Shown here one piece after another: positions 27,982 to 37,548 of a stretch of 64,000 nt of DNA. The first letter of the stretch is position 1. Each line of letters begins with the position of its first letter. Source of the stretch: an uncultured Clostridiaceae bacterium (GTDB taxonomy: Bacteria > Bacillota > Clostridia > TANB77 > CAG-465). The notes under the pieces were generated by a model, which was given only the letters and a program-made list of their open reading frames with translations, ran no database searches and was not told where the DNA came from. The stretch covers positions 74,911-138,910 of the forward strand of contig CAZZFS010000001.1 of the NCBI GenBank assembly GCA_964653805.1. The letters are read 5' to 3'. The translations under genes and the position numbers were made by a program.

Positions 27982-28995
27982 ATGGATAATTATATTTTTA
28001 AACAAATAAAGAGAGAATATGATATAAAAAGACAAAAGAAAATAAAAGAAGCAACTAAAAAAAAAGAAGAAATATATACTAATATCCCTAAATTAAGTCA
28101 AATAGAAGAAGAAATTAATTTATTAGCAATAAAATCAGCTAAAATGATGCTAAATGCAGATGAATTAACAAAACAAATAGAACAAGAAAAGATAGAAAAT
28201 AGTTTAAAAAAATTAGAAGAACAAAAAGAAAAAGAATTAAAGAAAAATGGCATTAAAAATATAGATTTTGAACCAGATTTTGATTGTAAAACATGTAAAG
28301 ATACAGGTATTATAATTGAAAAAGGTAAAACAAAATATTGTGCATGTTTTACACAAGAAATTATAAACAATACATATAAACAGTCAAATATGTTAAAGTT
28401 GGATGAAGAAAATTTTGAAACTTTTGATATTTGTTATTATTCTAAAAAAGCTGATAAAGAAAAATATGGCATAGAAAGATCACCTATAGAAAATATAGAA
28501 TGTATAAAAAAAGTTTCAAAAGATTTTTGTGATAATATAAGTAATAGAGAACAAAAAAATCTGCTATTTACAGGTAATACAGGACTTGGAAAAAGTTTTT
28601 TAGCTAATTGTATAGCAAAAGAATTAATTGAAAAAGGTAAAACGGTAGTATATCAAACAGCCCCAATACTTATGGATAAAGTTATAGAATATAAATTTTC
28701 ATATAATAAAACAGGTGTAGAAAAAGAACAATATGAAAAAATATTTGAAGTGGATTTATTAATAATAGATGATTTAGGAACTGAAACAATGAGTAATGTT
28801 AAATTTACTGAATTGTTTAATATAATAAATACTAGATTATTAAGAAATAAAAAAATATTAATATCAACAAATCTTACTCTAAATCAATTATATAAAGAAT
28901 ATGATGAAAGAGTTATTTCTAGACTTATTGGTAATTTTACTATATGTAAATTTGTTGGTGATGATATTAGATTAAAGAAAAAAAGAATAGAATAG
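27982..28995 (+). CDS. DnaI/DnaC-like replicative helicase loader (AAA+)
   Basis: Zn-binding CKTCKDTG...YCAC, Walker A FTGNTGLGKSFLANCIA, Walker B DLLIIDDLGTE, and ISTNL sensor. Confidence 0.8.
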   Translation: MDNYIFKQIKREYDIKRQKKIKEATKKKEEIYTNIPKLSQIEEEINLLAIKSAKMMLNADELTKQIEQEKIENSLKKLEEQKEKELKKNGIKNIDFEPDFDCKTCKDTGIIIEKGKTKYCACFTQEIINNTYKQSNMLKLDEENFETFDICYYSKKADKEKYGIERSPIENIECIKKVSKDFCDNISNREQKNLLFTGNTGLGKSFLANCIAKELIEKGKTVVYQTAPILMDKVIEYKFSYNKTGVEKEQYEKIFEVDLLIIDDLGTETMSNVKFTELFNIINTRLLRNKKILISTNLTLNQLYKEYDERVISRLIGNFTICKFVGDDIRLKKKRIE

Positions 28996-29022
28996 TTAAT
29001 AGAATATAAAATATAAAAAATA

Positions 29023-29059
29023 AAAAGTAAAGAAATTGTATGTGGTTTCTTTACTTTTT
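29023..29059 (+). terminator. Rho-independent terminator
   Basis: Perfect 13-bp stem aaaagtaaagaaa / tttctttactttt with a 10-nt loop. Confidence 0.7.
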
Positions 29060-29145
29060 ATTTGTATATAAAATTTATGAATAAAAAAACACATTAAATT
29101 CATAAATCATACATAATAACAAGGTATAATATAAGTATTATATAT

Positions 29146-29174
29146 TTGCAAAAAGTGTTAAAATTTGGTATAAT
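29146..29174 (+). promoter_or_regulatory. Sigma-A-type promoter TTGCAA-17 nt-TATAAT
   Basis: Hexamers at 29146-29151 and 29169-29174. Confidence 0.5.
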
Positions 29175-29253
29175 GGAACTAATAAACAAAAAGAATAACT
29201 ATATAAAAACAAATACACTTGATTATAAAAAATATTAGAAGGGAGTGTTAGAA

Positions 29254-29916
29254 ATGAAACTTTTAGTTATAGATGATGATATTGATTTAAGAGAGATAAT
29301 AGTAGAATATGCTAAATATGAAAATTATGAAATACTTGAAGCAGAAGATGGAATAAAAGGAATAGAATTAATTAAAGAAAATGATTTTGATTTAATTATA
29401 GTTGATGTAATGATGCCAAAAATTGATGGATTTACTACAGTAAAGGAAATAAAAAAAATAAAAGATATCCCTATAATTATGCTATCAGCTAGAAGTGAAG
29501 AGTATGATAAACTTTATGGATATGAAATAGGTATTGTTGATTATATGACAAAACCATTTAGTCCAAGAGAACTTATGGCAAAAATAAAAGTAGCAACAAG
29601 AAAAAATGAAAATTTAAGTTCTAAATATATGTTTTCAAATGTTGTTATAAATACTGATTCTCGCAAAGTAATGGTTGATGATAATGTAGTTGAATTTACA
29701 CTAAAGGAATATGATGTTTTGCTTTATTTAGTAAAAAATAAAGGTATTGTTTTATCAAGAGAACAAATATTAAATGGAGTGTGGGGTTATGAATATTATG
29801 GTGTAGATAGAACAGTAGATACACATATAAAATTAATAAGAAATAAATTAGATAAATATAAGGAGCATATAAAAACGTTGAGAGGAGTTGGTTATAAATT
29901 TGATGAAAAAATTTAA
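29254..29916 (+). CDS. OmpR-family response regulator
   Basis: MKLLVIDDD, DLIIVDVMMPKIDGF, a receiver Lys box, and a C-terminal winged helix (RTVDTHIKLIRNKL...LRGVGYKF). AAGGGAG Shine-Dalgarno before ATG 29254. Confidence 0.9.
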   Translation: MKLLVIDDDIDLREIIVEYAKYENYEILEAEDGIKGIELIKENDFDLIIVDVMMPKIDGFTTVKEIKKIKDIPIIMLSARSEEYDKLYGYEIGIVDYMTKPFSPRELMAKIKVATRKNENLSSKYMFSNVVINTDSRKVMVDDNVVEFTLKEYDVLLYLVKNKGIVLSREQILNGVWGYEYYGVDRTVDTHIKLIRNKLDKYKEHIKTLRGVGYKFDEKI

Positions 29917-31270
29917 TAGTTTAAACACAAAACTTATTTTTAATTTTTTATTTTTCTCAATATCTATATTACTTATAATATGGTTTATGCAAGCTATAAT
30001 GTTAAAAACAACATATGAATCTATAAGGAAAAATGAAATAAATAGTATGTCATATACAGCTGAAAAGATATATAATAATATTGATAAATTAAATGAATTA
30101 GCATATAAATATGATGTGAAAATTTTAATTTTAGATGATGATTTAACAACAATAGTAGCAACAGATGATAATATAGGAAGTTTACCAAGATCATTTAATA
30201 TGCAAATAGCTCAAGTTTTAAATAATTTAAAAAATGAAAATGAAATAAATCATGATATAACTACTAATAAATTTAATACAATTTTAAATGTTTATGCAAG
30301 AAGTATAGGAGATGGTAAATATATAGCAGTAATTTCGACTATAAATCCAATATCGTCAACCGTAAGGGTAATGACAATACAATTAGTATATATAACAATA
30401 TTTTCTTTAATTTTTGCTGTTGTAGTTGCTATTATATTATCAAAAAAATTATCAAAACCTATATATGATATAAATGAAAAGGCAAAGGAATTAGAAAAGG
30501 GGAACTTCGATATCAATTTTAAACAAGGTTATTATACAGAAATAGATGAGTTATCATCCACTTTAAATAATGCGTCAGAGAAACTTAAAATAACTAATAG
30601 ATTGAGAAAAGAAGTTATTGCAAATGTTTCACATGATTTAAAAACTCCTTTAGCTACTATAAAAGGTTATTCAGAGATGTTACAAGATATTTCTGGAGGA
30701 GTTAAAGAAAAAAGAGATGTTCAATTAAAGAAGATTTCAAAAGAAGTAGATAATTTGAATTTATTAATTTCAGATATGCTAAACTTATCAAAATTAGAAA
30801 CAGTAGATAACGGATTAGAATTAAAAGAAATTAATTTAATAGATATTGTTTATGATGTTATAGCAAGATTTGATCATATATGTGAAAAAACAAATGTTAA
30901 AATAGAATTTAAAAAAGATATAGAAAATATAACAATAAAAGCAGACAAAATAAAATTATCACAAGTTATATATAATTTAATTGCAAATGCTATAAGTTTT
31001 GTAGGAGAAGATAAAACGGTATATGTAATAGTTAAAAAAACAAATGATAAAATAAAGGTAGAAGTAAAAGATAATGGAAAGGGTATAAGTGAAGAAAATC
31101 AAAAGTATATATTTGAAAGATATTATAAAACAAATGATAAATTTAGAAAACTAGGTATATCAACAGGGCTTGGACTTTCTATTGTTAAAAATTTATTAGA
31201 AAAACATAATTTTAAATATGGAATAATATCAAAAGAAAATTGTGGAACGATTTTTTGGTTTGAAATTTAG
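29903..31270 (+). CDS. Sensor histidine kinase (2 TM, HAMP, HisKA, HATPase_c)
   Basis: H-box SHDLKTPLATIKGYSEM, N-box LIANAISF, G-boxes DNGKGI and GLGLSIV. Overlaps the regulator stop by 14 nt. Confidence 0.9.
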   Translation: MKKFNSLNTKLIFNFLFFSISILLIIWFMQAIMLKTTYESIRKNEINSMSYTAEKIYNNIDKLNELAYKYDVKILILDDDLTTIVATDDNIGSLPRSFNMQIAQVLNNLKNENEINHDITTNKFNTILNVYARSIGDGKYIAVISTINPISSTVRVMTIQLVYITIFSLIFAVVVAIILSKKLSKPIYDINEKAKELEKGNFDINFKQGYYTEIDELSSTLNNASEKLKITNRLRKEVIANVSHDLKTPLATIKGYSEMLQDISGGVKEKRDVQLKKISKEVDNLNLLISDMLNLSKLETVDNGLELKEINLIDIVYDVIARFDHICEKTNVKIEFKKDIENITIKADKIKLSQVIYNLIANAISFVGEDKTVYVIVKKTNDKIKVEVKDNGKGISEENQKYIFERYYKTNDKFRKLGISTGLGLSIVKNLLEKHNFKYGIISKENCGTIFWFEI

Positions 31271-31357
31271 ATTAATGTGACGAAAAAAACATATTATATT
31301 CATCAACACTTCAAATAACAATAGTAAAATATAGTTATGAAAAGTGAGGTGATAAAA

Positions 31358-31699
31358 ATGAAAAAAATAGCGATGTTAGCATTAGGTATTGTATTAGTTA
31401 CTGTAACAGTAGGTGGTGTATACGCAACTACAGTTGATACTGAAACTAAAACAAATGCTAATTGCAATGTATCAATTGAATCAAAAACTGAAACATTAAA
31501 AAAATATGTAGCAGATGGAAAAATAACACAAGAAAAAGCTGATGAAATATTAAAACAATTAGAAAATTGTGATGGTACTGGAAATGCTAAAATTGGTCAA
31601 ACTAACGGAATAAAATTTGGTAGTGGTAATGGCCAAGGTGAAGGCAAAGGTAGAGGAATAAAAAATATGAATTGTGAAAATTGTACATCAGAACAATAA
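31358..31699 (+). CDS. Small secreted protein (113 aa) with a signal peptide and Cys pairs; possibly DUF2680-like
   Basis: MKKIAMLALGIVLVTVTVGGVYA signal. KITQEKADEILKQLENC. Gly-rich tail. AGTGAGGTGA Shine-Dalgarno before ATG 31358. Confidence 0.55.
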   Translation: MKKIAMLALGIVLVTVTVGGVYATTVDTETKTNANCNVSIESKTETLKKYVADGKITQEKADEILKQLENCDGTGNAKIGQTNGIKFGSGNGQGEGKGRGIKNMNCENCTSEQ

Positions 31700-31751
31700 A
31701 TAAAAACAAAAACAAACAAAAACAAACAAAAATAAACAAAATATAAAATTA

Positions 31752-31789
31752 AAAAGTCTTGGTAGATTTAAAAAATACCAAGACTTTTT
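31752..31789 (+). terminator. Rho-independent terminator
   Basis: 13-bp stem aaaagtcttggta / taccaagactttt followed by T's. Confidence 0.7.
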
Positions 31790-31862
31790 GTTGTGTTTTG
31801 GATAGTTAGAATAGTAAGGGAGAAAGTATTTAAAAATATAATCATAAAATTAATTATATTTT

Positions 31863-32372
31863 TTATATTTTAAAATCAATTATGTTTTTTGTAATATAAT
31901 CTATTGTTTCGTTTACTGTTAAGTTAGAAGTATCAATTATGTTACTTTCGTTATATTCATTATTTTTAAAATCATGTAATAAAGTTAAACAACGATCACC
32001 CATTTGACAATCTATTGGTCTATAACTATCTCTTTTTAAAAGTGTTTTTTCATCGACCATTAAAATAATAAAATGTACATCAAAATTTAAAAAAGAATCT
32101 TTTAATAATTCTAATCTTTCTAAAGGTATTATATAATTAAAAACAACATCATAACCATTATTTAAATATATTTTTATAGTATTAATACAAATATCAAAAA
32201 AACATATTAAGATGATTACCATCTTCCTAAGGACAAGTATATCCACCTACAACTTGATGATATATTTCATCTCCCGCTATAACAGCCGACTTAGATTTCG
32301 TGTTAGAGATTTTTTTGTTATAGTACTTTTTCCAACACCAGTTGGACCTGTTATTATATATAAATTAGCCAT
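31863..32372 (-). pseudogene. Decayed P-loop kinase/ATPase (AAA_33 / small nucleotide-kinase-like) carrying three lesions
   Basis: AAAGGAGGA Shine-Dalgarno, then MANLYIITGPTGVGKSTITKK. The frame is then lost at an A7 run (plus-strand T-run 32310-32316). The next frame gives ISNTKSKSAVIAGDEIYHQVVGGYTCP and an in-frame TAG (32227-32229) where Trp (TGG) is expected. A T7 run (plus-strand A-run 32196-32202) shifts the frame again into the 127-aa ORF of the track. Confidence 0.7.
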
Positions 32373-32626
32373 AATTATCCTCCTTTTAATATATGTATAT
32401 TGTAGCATAAAAAAGTAAAAAAAATTAATTTTAATAAAAAAACATGTTAAATTTTAAAAAAATCTGGTTTTAAAGTTTTTTTAAAATATTTATTGTAATA
32501 ATAAGTATTTAATAGTATAATTTGGTATAAAAGATGTATAAGTATTTAATATTTTGATTAATAAGGACTTATACTTATACTTATATTTTATCTAATTCAA
32601 AAAACATAATAAAAGAGGAGTGTAAT

Positions 32627-33334
32627 ATGAAGAAAAATTTAAAAAAAGGAAGAGTTAATAGAGTAGTGTTTTTAATTATTTTAATTGTTATTGCTATAAT
32701 AACAATAATAGGCCTTTTAAATAATAAAGGAAAAAATAATAGTGATGTTGAAACATATGGAGATAAAGAAATAAAAGCTTTATTAATAAAAGGTTTTGAT
32801 AATATGAAAAATTTTTCAGCTGAAGAATTTTCTGCGCAAACAGAATCATTAAATAAAAAGATAACTATTAAAGATAATATTAGGAAAATAAGTACCAAAG
32901 ATACAGAGGGATATTTATTAATAGATTTAAATTCAGAAAAAGAAGTTGTTGTTAATACAAATAAAAAAAATGCTATACAAATAAAAATAGCAGAAATAGG
33001 AAGTATAAATGATTTCAAATATAGTCCGTTTGTAACTGAATTAGAGTTGACTGTAAAAGTAAAATATGAATATTTAAAAAAAGAACAATATAAAAATAAA
33101 GAGTGCATTGTTGTAAAACAAATATATAATAACAATTCAAATAAAACATTAATTCAAAATATATATCGTGTTTTTTGGATAGAAGAAAAAACAGGGTATA
33201 TAATAGGAATAGGTGAAATTTATAATACAAAAGATGAGATTGTGGAAAATGTGTATTATGATAATATAAAAATTAATGAATTAAAAGATAGTGATTTTGA
33301 AATTCCAAAAGATTATAAAATTACTGAAAAATAA
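32627..33334 (+). CDS. Membrane-anchored 235-aa protein, possibly LolA/DUF4367-like fold
   Basis: AGAGGAG Shine-Dalgarno, N-terminal TM, C-terminal ...DSDFEIPKDYKITEK. Family guess is weak. Confidence 0.5.
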   Translation: MKKNLKKGRVNRVVFLIILIVIAIITIIGLLNNKGKNNSDVETYGDKEIKALLIKGFDNMKNFSAEEFSAQTESLNKKITIKDNIRKISTKDTEGYLLIDLNSEKEVVVNTNKKNAIQIKIAEIGSINDFKYSPFVTELELTVKVKYEYLKKEQYKNKECIVVKQIYNNNSNKTLIQNIYRVFWIEEKTGYIIGIGEIYNTKDEIVENVYYDNIKINELKDSDFEIPKDYKITEK

Positions 33335-33368
33335 AATATTATAGAATTGAAAAATCAAGTAATTTTAA

Positions 33369-34298
33369 TTAATTACTTGATTTTTCTTCTAATTTTAATA
33401 TTTGTTCGTAAAGCTTTTCTTCTCTATCTGATATTTTTTTAGGCATTTCAATAATTATTTTTAGTAATAAATCGCCTCTATTTCCTTCTTCAGAAATATA
33501 TCCTTTATGGGTAATTGTTACTATTTCATTGTTTTTTAAATGTTTTGGTAATGAAACAACTATATTTTCATCAAATAATGTTAGTTTATATTTACCACCA
33601 ATAGCTGCTTTTGCAGGTGTTATAGTTATTGTTTTTGATAAATTAATACCATCTAATTTATAATTACTTTGGTCTTTTACACTAACATGTATTATTAAAT
33701 CACCGTTTTTACCACCGTTTTTACCTGGATTACCTAGTGCAGCAAGGCGGATTTTATCCCCATGTTGTATACCAATAGGTATATTTACAGAGAATGTTTT
33801 CATACCTGTTTTGTGTGATTTTATAACAATTTTTTTCTCTACTCCAAAGAAACCTTCTTCTAATGAAACTTCTAAATTTGTTATTATATCAGTTCCTTTA
33901 GTAGCTTTTTGTTTTATTCTTTTATCTTCTGAATCATCAGTTTTTGTTTCTTCAATGTTTTGAACATCATCTTTTTTAAATCCAAGTAAAGTGTTTAACA
34001 AATCATTTATTACAGTAACACTAGATTTTATTTCATACTTTACATTTGTTAAACTAGAATCACCTTCTACGATACCATAACCAAGTTTAGAAACTTGTCT
34101 ATCATATTTTCTTCTTTTTTCTTCGTTTGTAAGTGTATCGTAGGCTTCAGTAATATCTTTAAATTTAGTTTCAGCTTCGATATTTTTATTTGTATCAGGA
34201 TGATATCTTTTCGCTAATTTTCTATATGCTAATTTTATTTCTTCTTTAGAACTTTTTCTATTAACTTCTAAAATTTCATAATAATTTTTGTATTTCAT
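33369..34298 (-). CDS. J-domain co-chaperone of the CbpA/DnaJ-like class (no zinc-finger region)
   Basis: YYEILEVNRKSSKEEIKLAYRKLAKRYHPDTN with the HPD motif. DnaJ C-terminal beta domains. No CxxCxGxG repeats. Confidence 0.85.
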   Translation of the reverse strand: MKYKNYYEILEVNRKSSKEEIKLAYRKLAKRYHPDTNKNIEAETKFKDITEAYDTLTNEEKRRKYDRQVSKLGYGIVEGDSSLTNVKYEIKSSVTVINDLLNTLLGFKKDDVQNIEETKTDDSEDKRIKQKATKGTDIITNLEVSLEEGFFGVEKKIVIKSHKTGMKTFSVNIPIGIQHGDKIRLAALGNPGKNGGKNGDLIIHVSVKDQSNYKLDGINLSKTITITPAKAAIGGKYKLTLFDENIVVSLPKHLKNNEIVTITHKGYISEEGNRGDLLLKIIIEMPKKISDREEKLYEQILKLEEKSSN

Positions 34299-34380
34299 TT
34301 TATGCTCCTTTTAATCTTTGATAATTATTTTAGATTTATTACATTATAACATATTATTAGGATTTTTCAAGGAGTTTAAC

Positions 34381-34409
34381 TTGCATTTTTATTTTTTTTC
34401 TAGTATAAT
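34381..34409 (+). promoter_or_regulatory. Sigma-A-type promoter TTGCAT-17 nt-TATAAT for gyrA
   Basis: Hexamers at 34381-34386 and 34404-34409. Confidence 0.5.
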
Positions 34410-34438
34410 AAGGTAGTAATTAAATTGGAGGTATAAAA

Positions 34439-36895
34439 ATGGATGAAGATAATTTTTTAGAGGCACAAAACATTGTACCCGTAAAAATAGAAGATGAAAT
34501 GAAGAGATCATATATAGATTATGCGATGAGTGTTATCGTTGCACGTGCTCTTCCTGATGTAAGGGATGGATTAAAACCAGTACATAGAAGAATACTATAT
34601 GTAATGAGTGAACTTTCATTATGGCCTGAAAAACCATTTAGAAAATCTGCAAGTATTGTCGGAGATGTAATGGGTAATTACCATCCACATGGTGATACTG
34701 CAATTTATGATTCACTAGTACGTTTAGCTCAAGATTTTTCACTTAGATATCCTGTTGTAAATGGACATGGTAACTTTGGTTCAATAGATAACGATCCACC
34801 AGCGGCAATGAGGTATACAGAAGCTAAACTTCATAAAATATCACTGGAAATGTTAGCTGATTTAGATAAAAATACAGTTGATTTTGTAGCAAACTATGAT
34901 GATAGGTTAAAAGAACCAACTGTATTACCAGCAAAATTACCTAATCTTTTAATAAATGGAGCTTATGGTATTGCTGTAGGTATGGCTTGTAATATACCGC
35001 CACATAATTTGACAGAAGTTATAAATGGAATAATAGCTCAAATAGAAAATCCAGATATAACAAATGAAGAATTAAATGTACATATAAAAGGACCAGATTT
35101 TCCAACAGGAGCTATAATACTTGGAAAAGAAGGAATAAAAGATGCATATGCAACTGGTAGAGGTAAAGTTTATGTAAGAGCAACTGCTGAAATAGAAGAA
35201 GATAGCAAAGGTAGATTTAAAATAATTGTTACAGAAATACCTTATCAAGTAAATAAAGCAGCTTTAATTCAAAATATAGCTAAATTAGTTGGATTAAAAA
35301 CAATAGAAGGAATATCTGATTTAAGAGATGAATCTGATAGAACAGGATTAAGAATTGTAATAGAATTAAAAAGAGATGCAAATCCAAATGTTGTTTTAAA
35401 CTTGTTATATAAACATACACAATTACAAACAACTCAAAGTATGTTAATGTTAGCACTAGTTAATGGGCAACCAAAAGTTTTAGCGTTAAGAGAAATACTT
35501 TATAATTATATTGAACATAGAAAACAAATTGTTACAAGAAGAACTAAATTTGATTTAGATAAAGCTTTAGCAAGATTGCATATTTTAGAAGGTTTAAGAA
35601 TAGCTCTTGATCATATTGATGAAATAATAGCAATAATTAGATCAGCTTATGATGATGCACAAGGAAAATTAATGCAAGCTTTTGGTCTTTCAGAAATTCA
35701 AGCAACTGCAATTTTAGAAATGAGACTTAGAACATTACAAGGATTACAAAGAGAAAAAATCGAAAATGAATATAAAGATTTGATTGATTTAATTAAACAT
35801 TTAAAAGAAATTCTTGATAATGAACATTTAGTAATGGATATAATAAAAGAAGAATTACTTGAAATAAAAGAAAAATTTGGTGATGAAAGAAAAACAATAA
35901 TAACACATGGTGAAGGTGATATTGATATTGAAAGCTTAATAAAAGAAGAAACAAATATCGTTACTTTAACAAATTGTGGATATATTAAAAGAATAGCAGC
36001 AGATGTTTATAGAAGTCAAAAAAGAGGTGGAAAAGGCCTTACAGCTATGAATACTCGTGAAGAAGATTTTGTTGAACATTTATTTGTTACATCTACACAT
36101 AATTATATAATGTTCTTCACTAATATGGGTAAAGCATTTAAATTAAAAGCATATGAATTACCTGAATCAGGAAGAACTGCAAAAGGAACTGCAATTGTTA
36201 ATTTACTGCAATTATCACAAGGTGAAAAAATAGCAGCAGTTATTCCAGTGGCAGATTTCAAATCAGAACAATATGTTCTTATGGCTACAAGAAATGGTCT
36301 TATTAAGAAAACAAAATTAGAAGAATATTGTAATATAAGAAAAACAGGTATTCAAGGTATAACTTTAAAAGAAGATGATGAATTAATTGATGTAAGACTT
36401 ACAGATGGAAATAACGATATTATTATGGTTACAAGAAAAGGTCTTTCAATAAGATTCGCTGAAGATGAAGTTAGAGCAGTTGGAAGAACATCAATGGGTG
36501 TAAAAGGAATATCATTATCTAAAGAAGATAAAGTTATTGGAATGGAACCTATAAATACTGATAAAAATTATATTTTAGCAATAACAGAAAATGGTTTTGG
36601 AAAAAGAACAGAAGTAGAAGAATATAGACAACAAGCAAGAGCTGGAAAAGGTGTTCTTACATACAAAACTACTCAAAAAACAGGACATATTATAGGTGTT
36701 AAAATAGTAAATGATTTAGATGATATAATGTTAATAACAGATACTGGGGTAGTAATAAGACTTAATGTAAGTGAAATAAGTGTGCTTGGTAGAAATACTC
36801 AAGGTGTTACACTTATGAGAACTTCAGATGGTGGTAAAGTTATTAATATTGCAAAAATAGTAAAAGATGAAGAAAATGAAGAGGTTGAAAGTTAA
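34439..36895 (+). CDS. gyrA: DNA gyrase subunit A
   Basis: [24 protein letters not shown], active-site [12 protein letters not shown]-region [10 protein letters not shown], and C-terminal beta-pinwheel repeats. Confidence 0.97.
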   Translation: MDEDNFLEAQNIVPVKIEDEMKRSYIDYAMSVIVARALPDVRDGLKPVHRRILYVMSELSLWPEKPFRKSASIVGDVMGNYHPHGDTAIYDSLVRLAQDFSLRYPVVNGHGNFGSIDNDPPAAMRYTEAKLHKISLEMLADLDKNTVDFVANYDDRLKEPTVLPAKLPNLLINGAYGIAVGMACNIPPHNLTEVINGIIAQIENPDITNEELNVHIKGPDFPTGAIILGKEGIKDAYATGRGKVYVRATAEIEEDSKGRFKIIVTEIPYQVNKAALIQNIAKLVGLKTIEGISDLRDESDRTGLRIVIELKRDANPNVVLNLLYKHTQLQTTQSMLMLALVNGQPKVLALREILYNYIEHRKQIVTRRTKFDLDKALARLHILEGLRIALDHIDEIIAIIRSAYDDAQGKLMQAFGLSEIQATAILEMRLRTLQGLQREKIENEYKDLIDLIKHLKEILDNEHLVMDIIKEELLEIKEKFGDERKTIITHGEGDIDIESLIKEETNIVTLTNCGYIKRIAADVYRSQKRGGKGLTAMNTREEDFVEHLFVTSTHNYIMFFTNMGKAFKLKAYELPESGRTAKGTAIVNLLQLSQGEKIAAVIPVADFKSEQYVLMATRNGLIKKTKLEEYCNIRKTGIQGITLKEDDELIDVRLTDGNNDIIMVTRKGLSIRFAEDEVRAVGRTSMGVKGISLSKEDKVIGMEPINTDKNYILAITENGFGKRTEVEEYRQQARAGKGVLTYKTTQKTGHIIGVKIVNDLDDIMLITDTGVVIRLNVSEISVLGRNTQGVTLMRTSDGGKVINIAKIVKDEENEEVES

Positions 36896-36937
36896 GAATC
36901 ATAAGGGTAAGAAGAAAAAAAGAAGGATGATGATATA

Positions 36938-37147
36938 ATGAAAGAAGAAATTATTGAAAATAGTATGGATTCATTAGGAATATCAAAGAAAACTTATGAT
37001 AAATTAAAAGAAAAAAACATTAATGATATAAAAGATCTTTGTCAAATTAAAAAGAAAGATCTAAAAAAAATAGGGTTTTTACAAAAAGAAATTTTAGAAG
37101 TTGAAATAAAATTACAACTAAAAGGTTTTAATTTGAAAATCAGATAA
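36938..37147 (+). CDS. Stand-alone 69-aa helix-hairpin-helix protein resembling the RNA polymerase alpha C-terminal domain
   Basis: LGISKKTYDKLKEKNINDIKDLCQIKKKDLKKIGFLQKEILEVEIKLQLKGFNL aligns by eye with alpha-CTD (L.lS.R..n.Lk...I.ti.dL......dL.kv.n.G.KSl.Ev...L...G). Confidence 0.5.
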   Translation: MKEEIIENSMDSLGISKKTYDKLKEKNINDIKDLCQIKKKDLKKIGFLQKEILEVEIKLQLKGFNLKIR

Positions 37148-37150
37148 AAT

Positions 37151-37194
37151 AAAACAACCAAAAATATAGATTAAACTATGTTTTTGGTTGTTTT
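37151..37194 (+). terminator. Rho-independent terminator
   Basis: 19-bp stem (one mismatch) aaaacaaccaaaaatatag / ctatgtttttggttgtttt. Confidence 0.7.
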
Positions 37195-37207
37195 ATTATT
37201 TATAAAC

Positions 37208-37382
37208 AAAAAAAGTTAGTTATATTGTAACTAACGATAAAACCCTTTTATCAAAGGTGGTAATCTTGTTATATCTTTTAGGATCCTCTAGTTAAAAAAG
37301 AGTCTTCAACACAAGATACAGTATTCCCGATTCCCTATCGCAATCTTGTAGATTTTTCATAACATTACAATATATCTAACTA
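37208..37382 (-). ncRNA. Candidate stand-alone small RNA of about 173 nt with a rod-like, 6S-like fold; family unassigned
   Basis: It has its own promoter (37388-37416, minus strand). The first 17 nt (37380-37364) pair with the 17 nt (37231-37215) immediately before a U7 tract (16 of 17 pairs). Inner helices leave a large asymmetric central bubble. No ORF and no downstream minus-strand gene. Confidence 0.4.
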
Positions 37383-37387
37383 TATAT

Positions 37388-37416
37388 ATTATATCACTAA
37401 ATTTGCAAATAGTAAA
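37388..37416 (-). promoter_or_regulatory. Promoter TTTACT-17 nt-(TGa)TATAAT on the minus strand
   Basis: Minus-strand read is catatTTTACTatttgcaaatttagTGaTATAATatatata. The extended -10 TG is present. Confidence 0.4.
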
Positions 37417-37515
37417 TATGTTTTGTATAAAATTAATAATGATTTTATTTATATTAAATTTTTAATTAATTATAGCAATTTAAATAAAGAGTATGAAGAA
37501 AATATAATTAAAATT

Positions 37516-37544
37516 TTGCATTTTTAATATAAATATGATATACT
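37516..37544 (+). promoter_or_regulatory. Promoter TTGCAT-17 nt-(TGa)TATACT for rnpB
   Basis: Hexamers at 37516-37521 and 37539-37544. The predicted start at about 37551 coincides with the P1 helix. Confidence 0.55.
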
Positions 37545-37548
37545 TATA

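Noticed and set aside
26921-28995. DnaD-domain plus DnaI-like genes considered as the replication module of the adjacent T4SS-like element.
   Set aside because: This cannot be decided from the sequence. Their GC matches the host, and this pair is the normal chromosomal helicase-loading set in Firmicutes. I kept them as core genes and noted the ambiguity in the T4SS finding.
32581-33135. 184-aa minus-strand ORF, and the plus-strand ORF at 32212-32418.
   Set aside because: The first is antisense to 32627-33334, which has an AGAGGAG Shine-Dalgarno. The second is antisense to the N-terminal fragments of the P-loop pseudogene.
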